Below are positions 49,474 to 63,258 of a stretch of 64,000 nucleotides of DNA, one piece after another (position 1 is the stretch's first letter; every line of letters starts with the position of its first letter). The notes under the pieces were generated by a model that saw nothing but the letters and a program-made list of their open reading frames with translations, was not told the origin of the DNA and ran no database searches. The DNA lies in the NCBI RefSeq assembly GCF_022045235.1, contig NW_027266290.1, positions 1,860,001 through 1,924,000 on the forward strand. The letters are read 5' to 3'. This DNA is from Haliotis cracherodii. Taxonomy: Eukaryota. Made by a program: the position numbers and the translations under genes.

Positions 49474-52400
49474 ATGACGACAGTGAAGATCCCGGATGGA
49501 GGGGGAAGTACTCTCACACTGCTGGAAGTGGACGGCCATTATTACCCAAACTCATCTGCTGACGTCATCAGGGGTATACGTGACGTCATGATCAGAGATG
49601 ATGACGTATTGATTTGTGCATACCCTAAAAGTGGTAAATATGACAGGGGGGAGATTGTTAGGGAGGGAACATCATCACTTTACTCTAATTTGATCGCCTA
49701 AGACATAAATGCTACACAAGAACTACATTTTCTGTACTTATATTTACTTATATTTTTCAATTTTCACGTTACATTTTATGAAAGCTTCACAGAGAAAGGA
49801 CTTTCAGAATATTCCGTCATTGGATGTGTACTTGTAACATATATATAGTCAGCGTCATTATTTTGGGGTCACAAAGATAATGAAAGATGGAGCGTCGCAT
49901 TTTCAACTTAAAAGAGTGCAGTTCAGTTCCTTCTGCAAAGAACAACTTCATTCCCACACTGACTGTTAATTGTCATACATGTACTACATGTGCATGGGAT
50001 AAACATCTGGTTGCGTTTAGGCGTGTGTTTTGGGTAGTTCTTTCCACCACCTTCAATCATGCACTTTTGCGTTTCCTTCATTGTCGTTTTTTTGTCCATA
50101 TTTCAGCAACCCACGCTTGTCTTAAAAGGCGACTACGCTTGACGTAAGAGGCGACTAACGGGATCGGGTGGTCAGGCTCGCTGACTTGGTTGATGCATGT
50201 CATCGTAACTCAATTGCGGGGATCGATGCTCATGATGTCAATCACTGGATTGTCTGGTCCAGACTCGACTATTTACAGACCGCCGTTATATAGCTGGAAT
50301 CTTGCTGAGTGCGACGTTAAACAACAAAAAAACATCATTGTCATTTTAAGAAAGAAAAAACAGAAACTTCACTGAAGTCAGCCAATTGTTCCGACTACGT
50401 AATGTTATCAATATGTGACGTCATGAACAGTGGATGACGTCATATCGTGTTGTTTTAACTAGTAAGCTGACTAATCAGCACCGAGAATAGCCTAAAAGTA
50501 AAACTGTGCAAATATCGGAAATATATTGCACTCTTTTCGGTAATATCCGCTGTATATAATCTCCCAAGATTGGCTCTCATTCACAGGCACACACTGGCTA
50601 TGGGAAATAACCCGCTTACTACTGGCGGGAAATACAGACGGGGAAATACGAGAGAAGGATGAGCTCCACTTGGAATTCGTAGCAAATGACGTCATGGAGA
50701 AGTTTCCATCGCCGCGAATTTTGAATACGCACGTGCTGTTCCATCAGCTGCCGCGGGTAGTGCTGGAGAAGAAATGTAAAATTATCTCCCTTGCCAGGAA
50801 CCCGAAAGATGTGTCAGTGTCGTTCTACCATCACCATAAGAATCTACCGATGTACTATCAATATGAAGGAACGTGGGAGAATTATCTCCCCTTATTCCTG
50901 GAAGGCAAAGGTAACTTACAGTTATACTCACATTATGTGTCGTTTTAAGCTCGTTGACTGAGGGAATACACAATTAAAACGAACTGTGAAGTAATGCCGA
51001 TCCCATTCTAAACATTGTATACTACTCAAGGTTTGCTAAGGATCACCACATTGAAAGGCAATGCGTCAAATTGTGTGCATCTGTTGAAATAGTCAAAGAC
51101 AATATTGCGTGAAGACATGTATATGAACAAAAGTCCATTGACATGTGAAGAAGAAAGGAGAGTTTAGCATCTCTTATAAATAGATTTTTCCGGCACGAGT
51201 GTTCTGATTGGTCAATGAGTATCGCGAAGGGGGTAACGTCGCGGTAAAATTGTAGCTATTGCGAGGTATGGTGCAATACTGGGGAACGCCCGGCGCTATA
51301 ACCATAGCAAAGTCCTGTCTCTCGGAGGAGAGTGCACAGTGTAAGGCTTAGGTAAACAGAAAGTAAGACTAGGTCACATAGTTGGACTGTAGTTAGTTCG
51401 ATAAGCTTTGGAATTTTTAATAATTATTATTAAAACAAACTTAAAGTAAGCGTATAGTATAAATATTTATTATATACTTCAGTGTGAAAGACTGATTTTT
51501 CTGAAGTTGAGAAAAGTGATATTTTCATTGCAGTGAACATAAACTTGAAATGTCACTGCAGTGAGCATAACACTTTGACCGAACTATTGTCATACAAGAG
51601 TAACCTCCCCTTACATTGTCTCCCTTTATCGTAAGTGTCTCGCCCGTACACAAACTGTTGACGTCCTTATCACGTTAGTTCCACATAGGCAAGGCAAAAT
51701 AATGATATTTATGGAGTTAACATAACTTCTTGCCGTTTGTTATTCTCTCGAAAATGTTTCGTTATAAACTGTAAATTTCTCAATCAACTATTCGAAACTG
51801 TTAGTTTTACCATGTTCACCAAGTGCCATTTTTGTTACTTGACTAGCGTGTATTCTTTCGCTTCCAACTGCGGTTTCCTAGTTTTGAAGATTTTTTTTAA
51901 AAGTTGATTTTGTTTATAATCATATCTAAATGTATGATAAAGAATGTTGGTGATCCTTAATATTTTTTAATACTTTTGTTTATATTGTTTAAGATTTTGC
52001 TAACACGAAACTACTTTTTAAGTCGCAAATACAAGAGGTGGTGAACCGTCCTTGTCTGTTAGGTGGGAAATAAACTTAGCAGACGTGTCTCACACACGTA
52101 TATCTCCAGGTATATTTAACCTGCCACCTGCCACTCGGTCAATAAACTTGAAGGCATGAATACAATAATAATATTTATTTCCACCATATATATATGATAC
52201 TAGTCACGGATTGAGACATTTCCTGATAGTACCTTACAGTCAAATGTCACAACATTATTCAGTGTCTATCTTGGTCACTATGGTCCTCATTGGCCGGATC
52301 ACTGACAGTCTTCAGCCTCAGACAATTCCATCTGAAATATAATATCTTTGACAATGGGCTTCATCCACACGTAGTTGATAGGACATCTGGATGTGTATCA

Positions 52401-54991
52401 GGGTGCATAGATCTCACCTTTTTCCAGAACAGGTTTAAAGAGGGGTCAAAGAGAGGTCCATAACTAAAGTGACCCGTGGAGATCCGGGGTAGAATAGGTA
52501 TTCACCAACCCATACTGGCTGTAAAAGGCGACTGTGCTTGTCGTAGCAGGCGACTAACAGGATCGGGTGGCCAGACTCACTGACTTGGTTGATGCATGAC
52601 ATCGTGTCCCAACAATCTCATTGTAATAGATCTTAGTTCTCGCTATCGCTAAGCAAAAAGATCTGAGGCCATCCCATTACGGGTCACGTCAGAACGACCA
52701 TTCATGCAACCATTCAGAACGTCACTTACCAGATCACGAAAGTGACAGACGGAATTTGTTTTCTAATCATGCAACCACGATAAATTTACAGAGGGTATTC
52801 CGAACGACAGTTAGGGGTTTTATGATTATATCCATTTCATCTAGGCCATCTGTTAACCATTCCAGAATGTTCTTTGTATCAGTTTTAATTTTTTTTAATC
52901 GAGAATACGTCAAAGTATGTTTCGAACCGTAGTCGCCAGTTTGAAACTAGTGTCGTAAAGCTCGAGAAAGCTGCCATCTGATTGGCTATTGTCGATTTCT
53001 TGACAGTCATGTTAAGCGGTAGCGAAAACTAAGATCTGATTTTAATGAGATTGTGTATCCCAATTGCGCGGATCGATGCTCATGATGTCAATCACTGGAT
53101 TGTCTGGTCCAGACTCGATTATTTTCCAGACCGCCGTCACATAGTTGGAATATTGCTGAGTGCGGCGTAACACAACCAACCAACCAACCAATCCTATCTT
53201 TAGCCTGGGAATCGGCCTCTTCTGATGGCTTAGCAACAATGTGCACAGGTGGGAGGTTGTTGACCAATTGAGATGATTCCTTTTTCTTCTTCTTTTATTT
53301 TGAGAGATTTTACGTTCGCTTTCCGACATGATACGTATTTCGCACACGATTCTTGAACTGGCAGCCCTTTTTTCGTTGCTGAGCTCCGTACATGAACGGA
53401 TTGTAACAAACAGTGTCCTTCACCTTGCAGTTGACTTTGGCTCTTGGTTCACGTACATGAAGAATTGGGAGAAAGAGATGAAGAACCATCCAGAGTTACC
53501 GTTCTTGACCGTCTTGTACGAGGATTTGAAAGAGGTATTAATTATCTCCGTTCTCACTTCGTCTTGTGATCAGACAGAATTATTGATGGTCTGATTTTAA
53601 CAAATTTTGAATTTGTCCTGGCATCCAATTTTCAAAAGATCTCCTGAGTCACATCAGTGCATATAGCTGGAACAACCATTTTAGTTTGGGATTGTCACAT
53701 AGAATGCATGACCATGGATGATCAAGAGCTTAATATTATATTGATGTGTCACTCTTTCCAAACAACAAAAATCTCTTTGAAACATTGGCATACGGAACCA
53801 GATAAACATATCATGGTATCAAGCGTTCGGCATCCGGTGTACCAAAAAGGTGTCGGCAACCTCTTTTCAGAACGTTTTACCTGAAACGTCTTTCCTTTCA
53901 GGACTCTTTGTCAGTGATTAGGAAGATGGCGGAGTTTCTAGGGGTTGAGAGATCGGAGGAGTTCTACGAGAAAGTGTCGGAAAGGACAAGCTTCAGTCAT
54001 ATGCAGGCCACCAAGGGGAGACTACTCAAGGAACATGGAGGAACTTCAATAGTGTACAGGAAAGGTGGAAATCAACTCCTCAAGCAAGCTTTGTGTGTGT
54101 TTGTTTGTTGTTTAATGCTGCACTCAGCAATATTCCAGCTTTCTGTGCTCTGTCTGTAAATAATCGAGTCTGGACGAGACAATCTATTGTAAATGCCATC
54201 ATGAGAATCGATCCACGTTGTTGAGATAGGTTGACATCCTAACAAACAAGTCCCAGGGCCTGACACCCGATACATTTAATTCGTTATCTTTATATATTAA
54301 AAAATAAAACATTGAGCACCAGTTAAATATGAGACAAAATATTTGAGCTCCTAAGCTTTAAAACAACACTTATCTCAAACCAAACAAGCATTGGCTGTCT
54401 GGGACCATATTCCTACCCGGAATCCCAACCAGTTTGAGGCGATGTATGTGTTGGCAAAACCAGAAAGCAACAAGAGAGCATAAGGGATCGCCCATTTAAT
54501 ATTTGCAGGTCTGAATGAATTATCTGCATTCTACATACGTTCTCTGCTTTATGTTGGAAAACACAGTAAACTACGTTTATAACGAACACGCTTATAACGA
54601 ACTTTTTTGCTGTACATATACTGTATACATGCTTATAACGAACTAGGGTTATAACGAACTAGAATAAGAGCTCCCTATGAGTTCGTTATAGCCGTAGTTT
54701 ACTGTAAGCCGTGCTTCAGTATGACGAGAAGACAGTATCACCACAAGACGAGCCTACCCCCAGTACGCATGTGGGGGAGTCATGGTTCTGTTCAATCTGT
54801 TGATAAGCGTCTATTTCTTACTTTCAGAATATATTGTTATACTATCGTGTGTCATTTATGCAGGTGAAGTGGGAGACTGGAAGAATCACTTCACTGTGGA
54901 CCAGAGTGAGATGTTTGACGAACTGTACAGGGAAGAGATGGACGGAAGCAGCTTTAACTTCAGATATTCCATAAATGACTCCGTCCCTTAG
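49474..54991 (+). CDS. Cytosolic sulfotransferase (SULT1-like fold), paralogue 2, 292 aa; exons 49474-49633, 50587-50910, 53431-53534, 53902-54064, 54864-54991
   Basis: Same intron positions and phases as paralogue 1; open 879-nt [51 protein letters not shown]. Confidence 0.95.
52613..53053. mobile_element. Mutator-like MITE nested in a family A SINE
   Basis: Same TIRs; flanks CGTGTCCCAA / TGTATCCCAA duplicate the SINE target. A partial copy in the opposite orientation lies at 10442-~10730. Confidence 0.85.
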
Positions 54992-57900
54992 GCGCTGTAC
55001 GGAGTTGTGTTTCTCAGGCGTGCCAGAATTCTATGTAAAAACATGGACTGAGTATGTATAATAGATTTCTACAAATCTTTGAGTATATAAAATTCTATCG
55101 GTAAATCAATGTTGTTTTATGCCTTAGTCAGCATCACAGAGAGAGACAGTTTATTCAGTATCCCCTCAAGCTTCAAGTCCAATTTGTGGTCATGTAATAT
55201 AATTACGATAAATCAAAGCTTTACCCCGATTCTGGTCTGTCAGCACCATCCTACCCGTGGGTTTCTACAAAGTGGAAAGCGCCTATATATGATCTGCGTT
55301 ACACGGGCTTCTGGATGAACCTGATACGCCGTGATGCAACTGAAACCCTTCTCAAGCGAGGAACCGAACTCACTCACCCATCAGACCCGTGGGGATCCGA
55401 GATAGAATAAGTCTTCACCAACCCATGCTTGGCGTAAAAGACGACTACGCTTGTCGTCAGAGGCGACTAACGGATCGGGTGGTCAGGCTCGCTGACTTGG
55501 TTGATGCAAGTCATCGATCCCAATTGCGTGGATTGTCTTCACGTCAGCACTTTGATTAAAAAAACATGAAAAGATTGGGAAAATATATGTCAACGCCCAG
55601 TTGAGGGTACACATATGCTCTGCTATTCTTGCAATCGACCAAAATCTGCAGGCAGTTTTACGAATCAGATGTCGATTTTGCATAGACTAGTTAGTCCAGC
55701 CAAAACAAAACCAAGTTGGGTAAGGGTGGAAACTAGACTTCAATAGTCAGTTAACTCTCTTGGCTTGGGAAGATGGGCCCCCGTGAAGATCACAGTTAGA
55801 ATACTTCAGCAACCCATGCTTGTCATAAAAGGTGACAAACGGGATCAGGTGATCACTCACTAACTGGGCTGTTATGATATTCCAATTGTGCAGGCCAATG
55901 CTCATGATGTCAATCATTGGATTGCCTGGTCCAGATTGGATTATTTACAGACCACGGTGAACTAACTGGAATGTTGCTGAGTGAGGCAAACAAACAAACA
56001 AAAAGATCATTGGCCATCCATGTTCAAAAAGTGTTTGAAATAATTTTAAAACCCAACAACACAGTCAGGTAGATGACCCAAAGTGTTGCCTGCCCATCTT
56101 CAAAATTAACTGCCCGCGCAGGCATTATAAATACTGAACTATCGCACAAACTAAGAGACAAATCAAGTCTTCATTCAGATGAAATAGTGGAAACAGTTAC
56201 TTGAGAATTTACAAGGAAACATAATATAAAATAAAAAACAAAAAAACAAAAACAAATAATAAAACTGAATACAAAAGTAGTCTTAAATTTTTTGTGCCAG
56301 ATAGTTGGGTAGGTGGAGGAAAATTTCATTCAGCCTGACAGCAAAGGTTCCTGCCTAGGGCAGGCGGGCAGGCGGGCAGGCAGTCATTTCGGACATGGTG
56401 TTCCCATGATCGTTGAAAGAAATGAAATAAAGCAACACTGGTAATACATGATACAGAAACAACATATACTGACTTTATTGTAAGGAAATAAATCGCTGCA
56501 AGATGACAGACTCAAAAGATCATCTACATGGTGCTGTTTGTAAAGGATAATGAAAGATCATTAAACCCTGAGATCATGTGGAAACAAATCCTGAGGTTAC
56601 ACTTCACTACCAAACTTGCAATTTATTTACCAATAACTAAATGAAAAAAAAGTTATTATTAAGAAACAACACATTTTCCTTTCATTTGAATGGTCATAAT
56701 GGGCGTCAGCTGAGTTATTATTTAAACTGAAAGGGACACAAAAAATACCAAGAACTTGTTTGTCATTTCGTTGAGTCTAACCTGAGGTTATTTTTGGCCT
56801 TGGAAGTAATTTTGCATCCAAATAGTGTAAATTGTTGAAAAACTTAAAACCATAATTTCTGCAGATTTGGAAAAAAGATAAACAAGATATTGATTTGTTG
56901 TGGCTTAAGAACTTGATTTTTTTCAATTTTGGCATGATGTATTTGTGAAGACGCAGTTGTACCGCATGACTCCCACCTTGTCTAAAGGTAGAAATACCCC
57001 CCACGTGGCAACAAGAACATTTCAACGGCGTTTCATGAATACTTCTTGGGGGTAGTTTGCTGGTCTGTATGCATTGCTGACATCAGTGTATGTTTAAATG
57101 CTACATATACATATATCTGAGTAAAAACATGGACTGAGTTTATATAATAGATTTCTACAAATCTTTGAGCATATAAAATTCTCTTGGTAAGTAAATGTTG
57201 TTTTATGCCACAGTCAGCAACAAAGAGAGAGAGAGTTTATTCAGTATCCAAGAATAAACTGTCTTCAAGGCCAAGAGTACAATTTGTTGTCATAAAACAT
57301 AATTCCATAGTGGTATGTGGAAGTATTACGTAAGTTTTAAATACAAAATATATATCAATAAATACACCTGTATATTTGGTATTATATTTCTGCTTTACAA
57401 GAATCTGGCAAATTTCTTTATATATAAATAGCAATACCTCTTACATTAACATTCTGGGATATCAGGGAGACAAATGTCTGTCGCATGGATACCGATGAAA
57501 ATAACGAGGAATTACACATTCCTGCATTTTTGCCCAATTCGCCTGCCATGGGCACTTAGTTTAGAACCCGAGATAAATCCCTGCTAACAATGAACATCAT
57601 CACACCAGAAGTGGACATGGGTCGAGCGGGACGCACCTGCGGTTATCACCTAGCAAGATATGGGAGTTTCTGTCCAATGTTGGACGTCCCATACTGGAGG
57701 TTTCTGTCAACCTATGTCCAAGAGATACTTGGCAGGAACAGTTTAACTATTAAAGGGCTGTTTTCGTCAAGACACTTCCATATATGGCCTGTGTTGATTC
57801 TGTTTTATTTCTGACCGGCCATGTGTTACAGAGTACGGTCATGTCTGAAGTCCGCAACATTCAGCGGTCAAAGTGCCCTGTAACTGAGACACGACAACCC

Positions 57901-58279
57901 AGTAGGACAGCGTAAACAAGTATCCACAACACATGGTGGCCTTTCAATCCTCAACTAAATCCTCACTAACTGTAATCATGTTGCACATAAACAGATAAAG
58001 AAAATGTTGTGGATCATTGTTAGTGAGTGTTACTTGTCTTACATCAATCTTTTACTTTTGTATCTTGTACAGACATCTATAACCCAATGCTGACCATGCC
58101 TGCGATCTACACAACATCTACTTACCATGTTGCAGGAAATGCTGTACCACAAATGGTAACATGGATCATACAAATTCTAAAATTTACCTCTTTTTGCCAT
58201 TATCATGCAAACAACATCTACAATCAAAGTCCCTCTTTCATACACAATAAAATGCAGAAGTGTCTCATTTTGGAGAAGG

Positions 58280-59517
58280 TCAAGATCCTGATTCCGAATC
58301 TTCACAGTTACCATGTGGGTCACTTGATACAGGATAATAGGGTCGAATAACTTTGTCCATGAGGTGATCGACAGATCTGTCTATCGGAGAAATGATGAAA
58401 GGGATGCAGACTAGTCCTATGCCTGTGGTTGTCCATTTCCTCACACTGCATGGGAGGCTGGAAGTTTTCTTCAAGAGGACGTTAGACAGGGCACAGATTC
58501 TGTTGATTGTCAGACCAGGAATAGCGACGGATGCCAAACCCTGCCAGACCAAGGTGTCGCCCACTGACACAGAAACCTGAGTTCTCTTTTCATCCGGACC
58601 ATTGAAGGACTTCTGAAGGCAGAACAGTAATAATGTTTAATTCTGAAATATAGTTTAATAGTTCAGTCTGTGCCAAATACTTTTGAGTCTACTTGCCCGA
58701 ACATGGATCTTAACATCATTTTCATTAGATTTTAGTGTATTCATATGGACTATTAACAGAATTTTACTAGACTCAGGCTTCAGACTAGTGACTAAAATCG
58801 ATATTTTAACCCTTAATAAAATCATATTATGTAATGTTGTATTAATTGTGAATTAATACCCAAGTTTTTATAAATTATGGACCTACAACAAGAAAATTCT
58901 TCTTGTTCTAAAACTCTGTACAGTCTAATAAAATCAAGCTATTGAAATCATGATCAAGAAGGTGGTCTATTGACTAGATAAAGATTGAATTTATATAGTT
59001 GTTCCTTAAGCAGAAGTGACTGCCTTATCATGTTCATAATTTAATGCAAATACAAAATATTCAAAACAATAACACACATTAACAGAAACTCAGTCCTTCT
59101 ACCCTAGGAATGAGTGAGAAGGGTATTAGGCCACTTTCTTTTAAGTATCACAGCTAAACCAAAAATGGGTTGCACACATGTGTGAAAAAACAAACTCTGG
59201 CTTTCCGCTTTAAAAACAAACATTCCAACCACTAGTTGAGGAATAAATACCATTATTCATTTAATAACAACTTTGCCTATAGATATGGATTGTCCATGAG
59301 TTAGTTATTGCCGAAATTGAATGAGTAGAAAAACTACTGGGTATTGAAATCAACCCTTTAAGGAAACTCAAAATACTGGTGTGGTTAACCTGTGAAGTGA
59401 GGTATCCCTTGTGTATGGAGTCTGCCACCACATATCCAGATGCTGTCAGGTAGGACAACCGCACCCAGTTCACGTGGATCAGGGCACGGAAAGATTCACC
59501 TACCTCATTGGCATAGC
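58280..59517 (-). CDS. MTFP1: Mitochondrial fission process protein 1 (MTP18), last two coding exons 59517-59390 and 58612-58280; first exon not found in the window
   Basis: (G)YANEVGESFRALIHVNWVRLSYLTASGYVVADSIHKG and DTLVWQGLASVAIPGLTINRIC..RKWTTTGIGL..IPFIISPIDRSVD match MTP18 family motifs. CAG acceptors and GT donor are in frame. Confidence 0.92.
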
Positions 59518-60705
59518 CTGCAAGAAAACATTACTTGTATTAGTCCATTTCTCAGGAAAACAATATTTTGCCGGTCTTTAACCTTGAACACTTCTAGCCA
59601 AAAATTATCCAAAGAGTAAAGTGTCCATCGATTTTTACAACTCACTTACGTATAAAAAATACATTCTTGTAAAAACACAAAACATTCTAGTTCTCTACAT
59701 GAATCGGTTATATGTTTATTAAATCTGCATGATAAAGTATTATTAAACATATAATGGAGGTCTAATACACTGGATAATAGACATGATAGAGGGTGACAAT
59801 GTACATTCTACTCCATTTTCATAATTAATTACTAATTCCACACATAAATCAAGAACAATACTTTGTTCATTTGGTAACTCATGTGGGTCTACGTGATTTA
59901 TTTTTACATTTTATCAATATCAGTCTATAGAATAATCCTAATTCTTTATGTTTAACGCTTCAAATTTGATACAATTTACTGATATGAAAGACTATAATAA
60001 ATATATCAGTCTGTTGGTGTTTCTGTATGGCAATGGCCAAACTGTACTTAAAACTACATAGAGAGTGTCCTTGCGCGAAAACAGAGGACCTAGATCAAAT
60101 GGTAAATGGAGGCTACCTTATCTGAAAAAATGGCAGATACGACATTCTCGCTACAAATAAAATATGTTTTCACATACCAAAATATCTTATCAAAGTATGT
60201 TTAAATATGTCATGTTCTCTTTCACGATTACGATCGTCGGAATCCGTCGTTACTTTCCACGTGCATAAATCTATAATAAATTTCGTGCAGACGATTCCTG
60301 AAGGTCAATCCAAATAATAAGATATTCTTAACAACTGGTTTCAGGCGTAATATTTTCTTAAATCCCATATACTTCATCGGCATGGCATTAATGCGAATTA
60401 TGTGACAATAATATTCCGAAGATTAATAGAAAATATTTGTGATTGACTTTGAACAATGAAACCGTCATCTGCTTTAATTATCTTTAACGCTGAATTTCAA
60501 ACATTATTAGTTATGTTTCAGGTAACTTGAAGGTAACTCCATGTCAGCGCGTGCCTCTTCAACGGAAGTGCTGTCAGACAAACGGTGTCCAATGTAAACA
60601 TCCTCATCATCTGGCGATGTGATGTAGTTGCTGCAGCCGTGCATGTCGCTGTGTTTTTGTCAGTATAGACTGGTGGTGACATGACAACACGAACTGTTAA
60701 ACGCA

Positions 60706-62382
60706 ATGGATAAACCAAAAGCATTTGAGATAGACTTTGGCGAGCCTGAGCGAAAACTGAGACCACCACCACAACGACTTACACGAGTAAACGTCAAACC
60801 CTCGCTTACACGTGAACAAATAGAAGAAAAACAGACTCAAGCTGAACTTAGAAGAAAGGTAAATGGCCTTATATTAAGGAAATAGGTACGATGCAAGGAA
60901 ATGACTATGTGATCAATGTAATATGATTAATTACAAGTATATATTGGTTAAACTTTGTTGAACACTTGATACAACGAGCATCGCAAAGACTTGTATGTAT
61001 TTGTGCTTGTGGGAGTTTTTGTAACCCCGTGTTATGGGTTTTCGGACGCTTAAGAAACATTCTTAGATTTCTCTCTAATCACATGAACAACTGTAAAACA
61101 TCCCGTTCACTTAAAAAAGACAACTTTCTCTTAAAAACAAACCATCATCTGATTATTTAAGATGTCTGTGTGATGCTACATAATGTCCGAAAAACGATTT
61201 CCGACAATATAAAAATTGCCATCTCCCTGAATATGACTCTTACCAGGTACTTGTATACCTTTTCAACAGTCTCCCCAACCACAAGTGTAAAAACCACGAA
61301 TGAGGCCTCCTAACATTTTAAAAGTACAGTATTCGACGTAATAAGCGCCTCGCGATATTTGCTAATATATTGGCTAGTGAACAATCCCAATAAGCACCCC
61401 TTCCGATTGACTTATTTATTCACGTATAATACCTAATCGTGTTATATGCACAATTAAATTCTGGAAAAATATATTTGTCATATATAAACATTTCAGACTG
61501 TCAGCATAAACCACAAGATTTATCTTTCAACTCTCTTTTTTTTTCACCAAAATAATATTCTAATAAGAGCCCCCTATTTCTAATTTTGAGAGCGGGGTAC
61601 GTCGAATACGGTATATGTGCCATTTATATATGCTCCTCCCTGATCATGCTAATGTTTTTGGTTTCACACTGCACCTAATTCCCTTGATGTTGACATGCCC
61701 TCTTGTACACACTAGTCTATGTTTTAATTAATAGCTTCTGCAACCTGCTAGGAAAATGTGCGTCAGAAAAAAACCTTGGCATCCAGAGGGTAAATACTTT
61801 ATGATGGATCTGAAGTATATTTTCTCTATAACTCCAAGCAATCATCAACCGCAAATACGATTGGGGATACTGACATTGAATATTTACCACCAGCCAGTTG
61901 GACCACCAGTCTCAGAGTTACTGGTCCTGAGGTTTATTTGCATGTTTGTTCGGACCAGCATTTTTGTTGAGCATTTGTCAACATTGTAATGGAATTCTCC
62001 CAAATCAAAAACAGAAATGGACTTCAGCACAGCAGAATAACAATACCAGAAAAATTCTTTTGTCACGCGAGAGCTGATATTATATTTGAATTGTAAATTG
62101 AATGTTGCACCTCTAATGTGAATTCTTGTTGATTTACAGCAACAAGAGCAGTTCATGATCGAGCGTGTGCGCAAGACACGCGAGGAATGCATAAAACTTG
62201 ACAAGAAAGTTCAGAAACTGATGGACCAAGATGCCAAACGACGGGGTTTACCTGGGTCAGAAGGTGTGAAAATCATGTCAAGCAGAGAAGCAAAGAAAAC
62301 CGCAATATCAGTGGTTAAAGAGTTTGCCAATATATCCAGCAAAATCTCATCAAGTACGGACACTGTTGACAAGCCTACGTGA
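60706..62382 (+). CDS. Small stathmin-domain (STMND1-like) coiled-coil protein, ~131 aa; exons 60706-60858 and 62140-62382
   Basis: Exon 1 MDKPKAFEIDFGEPERKLRPPPQRL..SLTREQIEEKQTQAELRRK has the stathmin AFE(I/L)..PP..S/T.EEI..K..AE.RRK pattern. AAG|GTAAAT donor and TTTACAG| acceptor join in phase 0 to QQEQFMIERVRKTREE. Exon 1 is missing from the ORF track because it is too short. Confidence 0.72.
61327..61611. mobile_element. TA-flanked MITE (Tc1/mariner/pogo type)
   Basis: TA|CAGTATTCGACGTA ... TACGTCGAATACGG|TA. Confidence 0.7.
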
Positions 62383-63145
62383 GTCAGAATGTACAAGAAT
62401 CCGTCTTTTTAAGGCCTGTGGAAGGGACATTGGGAAACAGCTGTTAATTTGTCCCCAAACTGGGAGCTTTACTTTACTAAAGTCCTTATTTTCTTTTGCA
62501 GATATTTTAGCATTGTATTCATTATAACAATGTAAATATAAGTATCTATGCCATCAATAACAAATAAGCCACCTTTGTAAAACTGAAACTTTATTACTTC
62601 TATTGAGAATTTGAGATTGCCTTAATAAATCTTTTCAATTGTCCTTGATACTTGCGCTTTGTACCAAGTCCAATCTGTGATATATTTCTCGTCATTTTCA
62701 TTCCATGTTTTTTATGTGATCTTTGTCAATAAATCCACATAAATATATTTTTCTGTGTTTAATGCTGCACTCAGCAGTATTACAGCTATATGACAGTGGT
62801 TTGTAAATAATCGAGTTTGGACCAGACAATCCAGTGATTGACATCATGAGCATCATTCCAAGCAATTGGGATACGATGACATGCATCAACAAGTCAGTGA
62901 GCCTTACCACCTGATCCCGTTAGTCACCTCTTACGACAAGTAGTCGACTTACGGCAAACATGTTTTTTGTGGAGACCTATTCTATCCCGGATTTTCAGAT
63001 GAAGTAAATATTCAAGATGTACAGGTATAATATAATGTTGTTGCTGCTATATAGATGTAACTGTCATTGTTGAGATCAATTGCAATATCACAACCAATCG
63101 TAAAATGAATGGGAGTGTGTGCTGCAATCTGATTGGTAAAATAAC

Positions 63146-63258
63146 CAGGGCCCACTTGCACAAAGCGATCTTAGCGCTACGACTATTGTTAGCCTATGTT
63201 AATGTATAGGAGTTACGATCATCTTAGCGCTAAGATCGCTTTGTGCAGGTGGGCCCTG
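63146..63258. mobile_element. Palindromic MITE (PIF/Harbinger-like termini)
   Basis: CAGGGCCCACTTGCACAAAGCGATCTTAGCGCTA ... TAGCGCTAAGATCGCTTTGTGCAGGTGGGCCCTG; a related degenerate copy lies at ~46692-46786. Confidence 0.75.

Noticed and set aside
59641-59680. MTFP1 exon 1 candidate at a minus-strand GTAAGT donor
   Set aside because: The upstream translation (KNVFFI) has no similarity to the MTFP1 N-terminal D.YRDT..R.LG motif.
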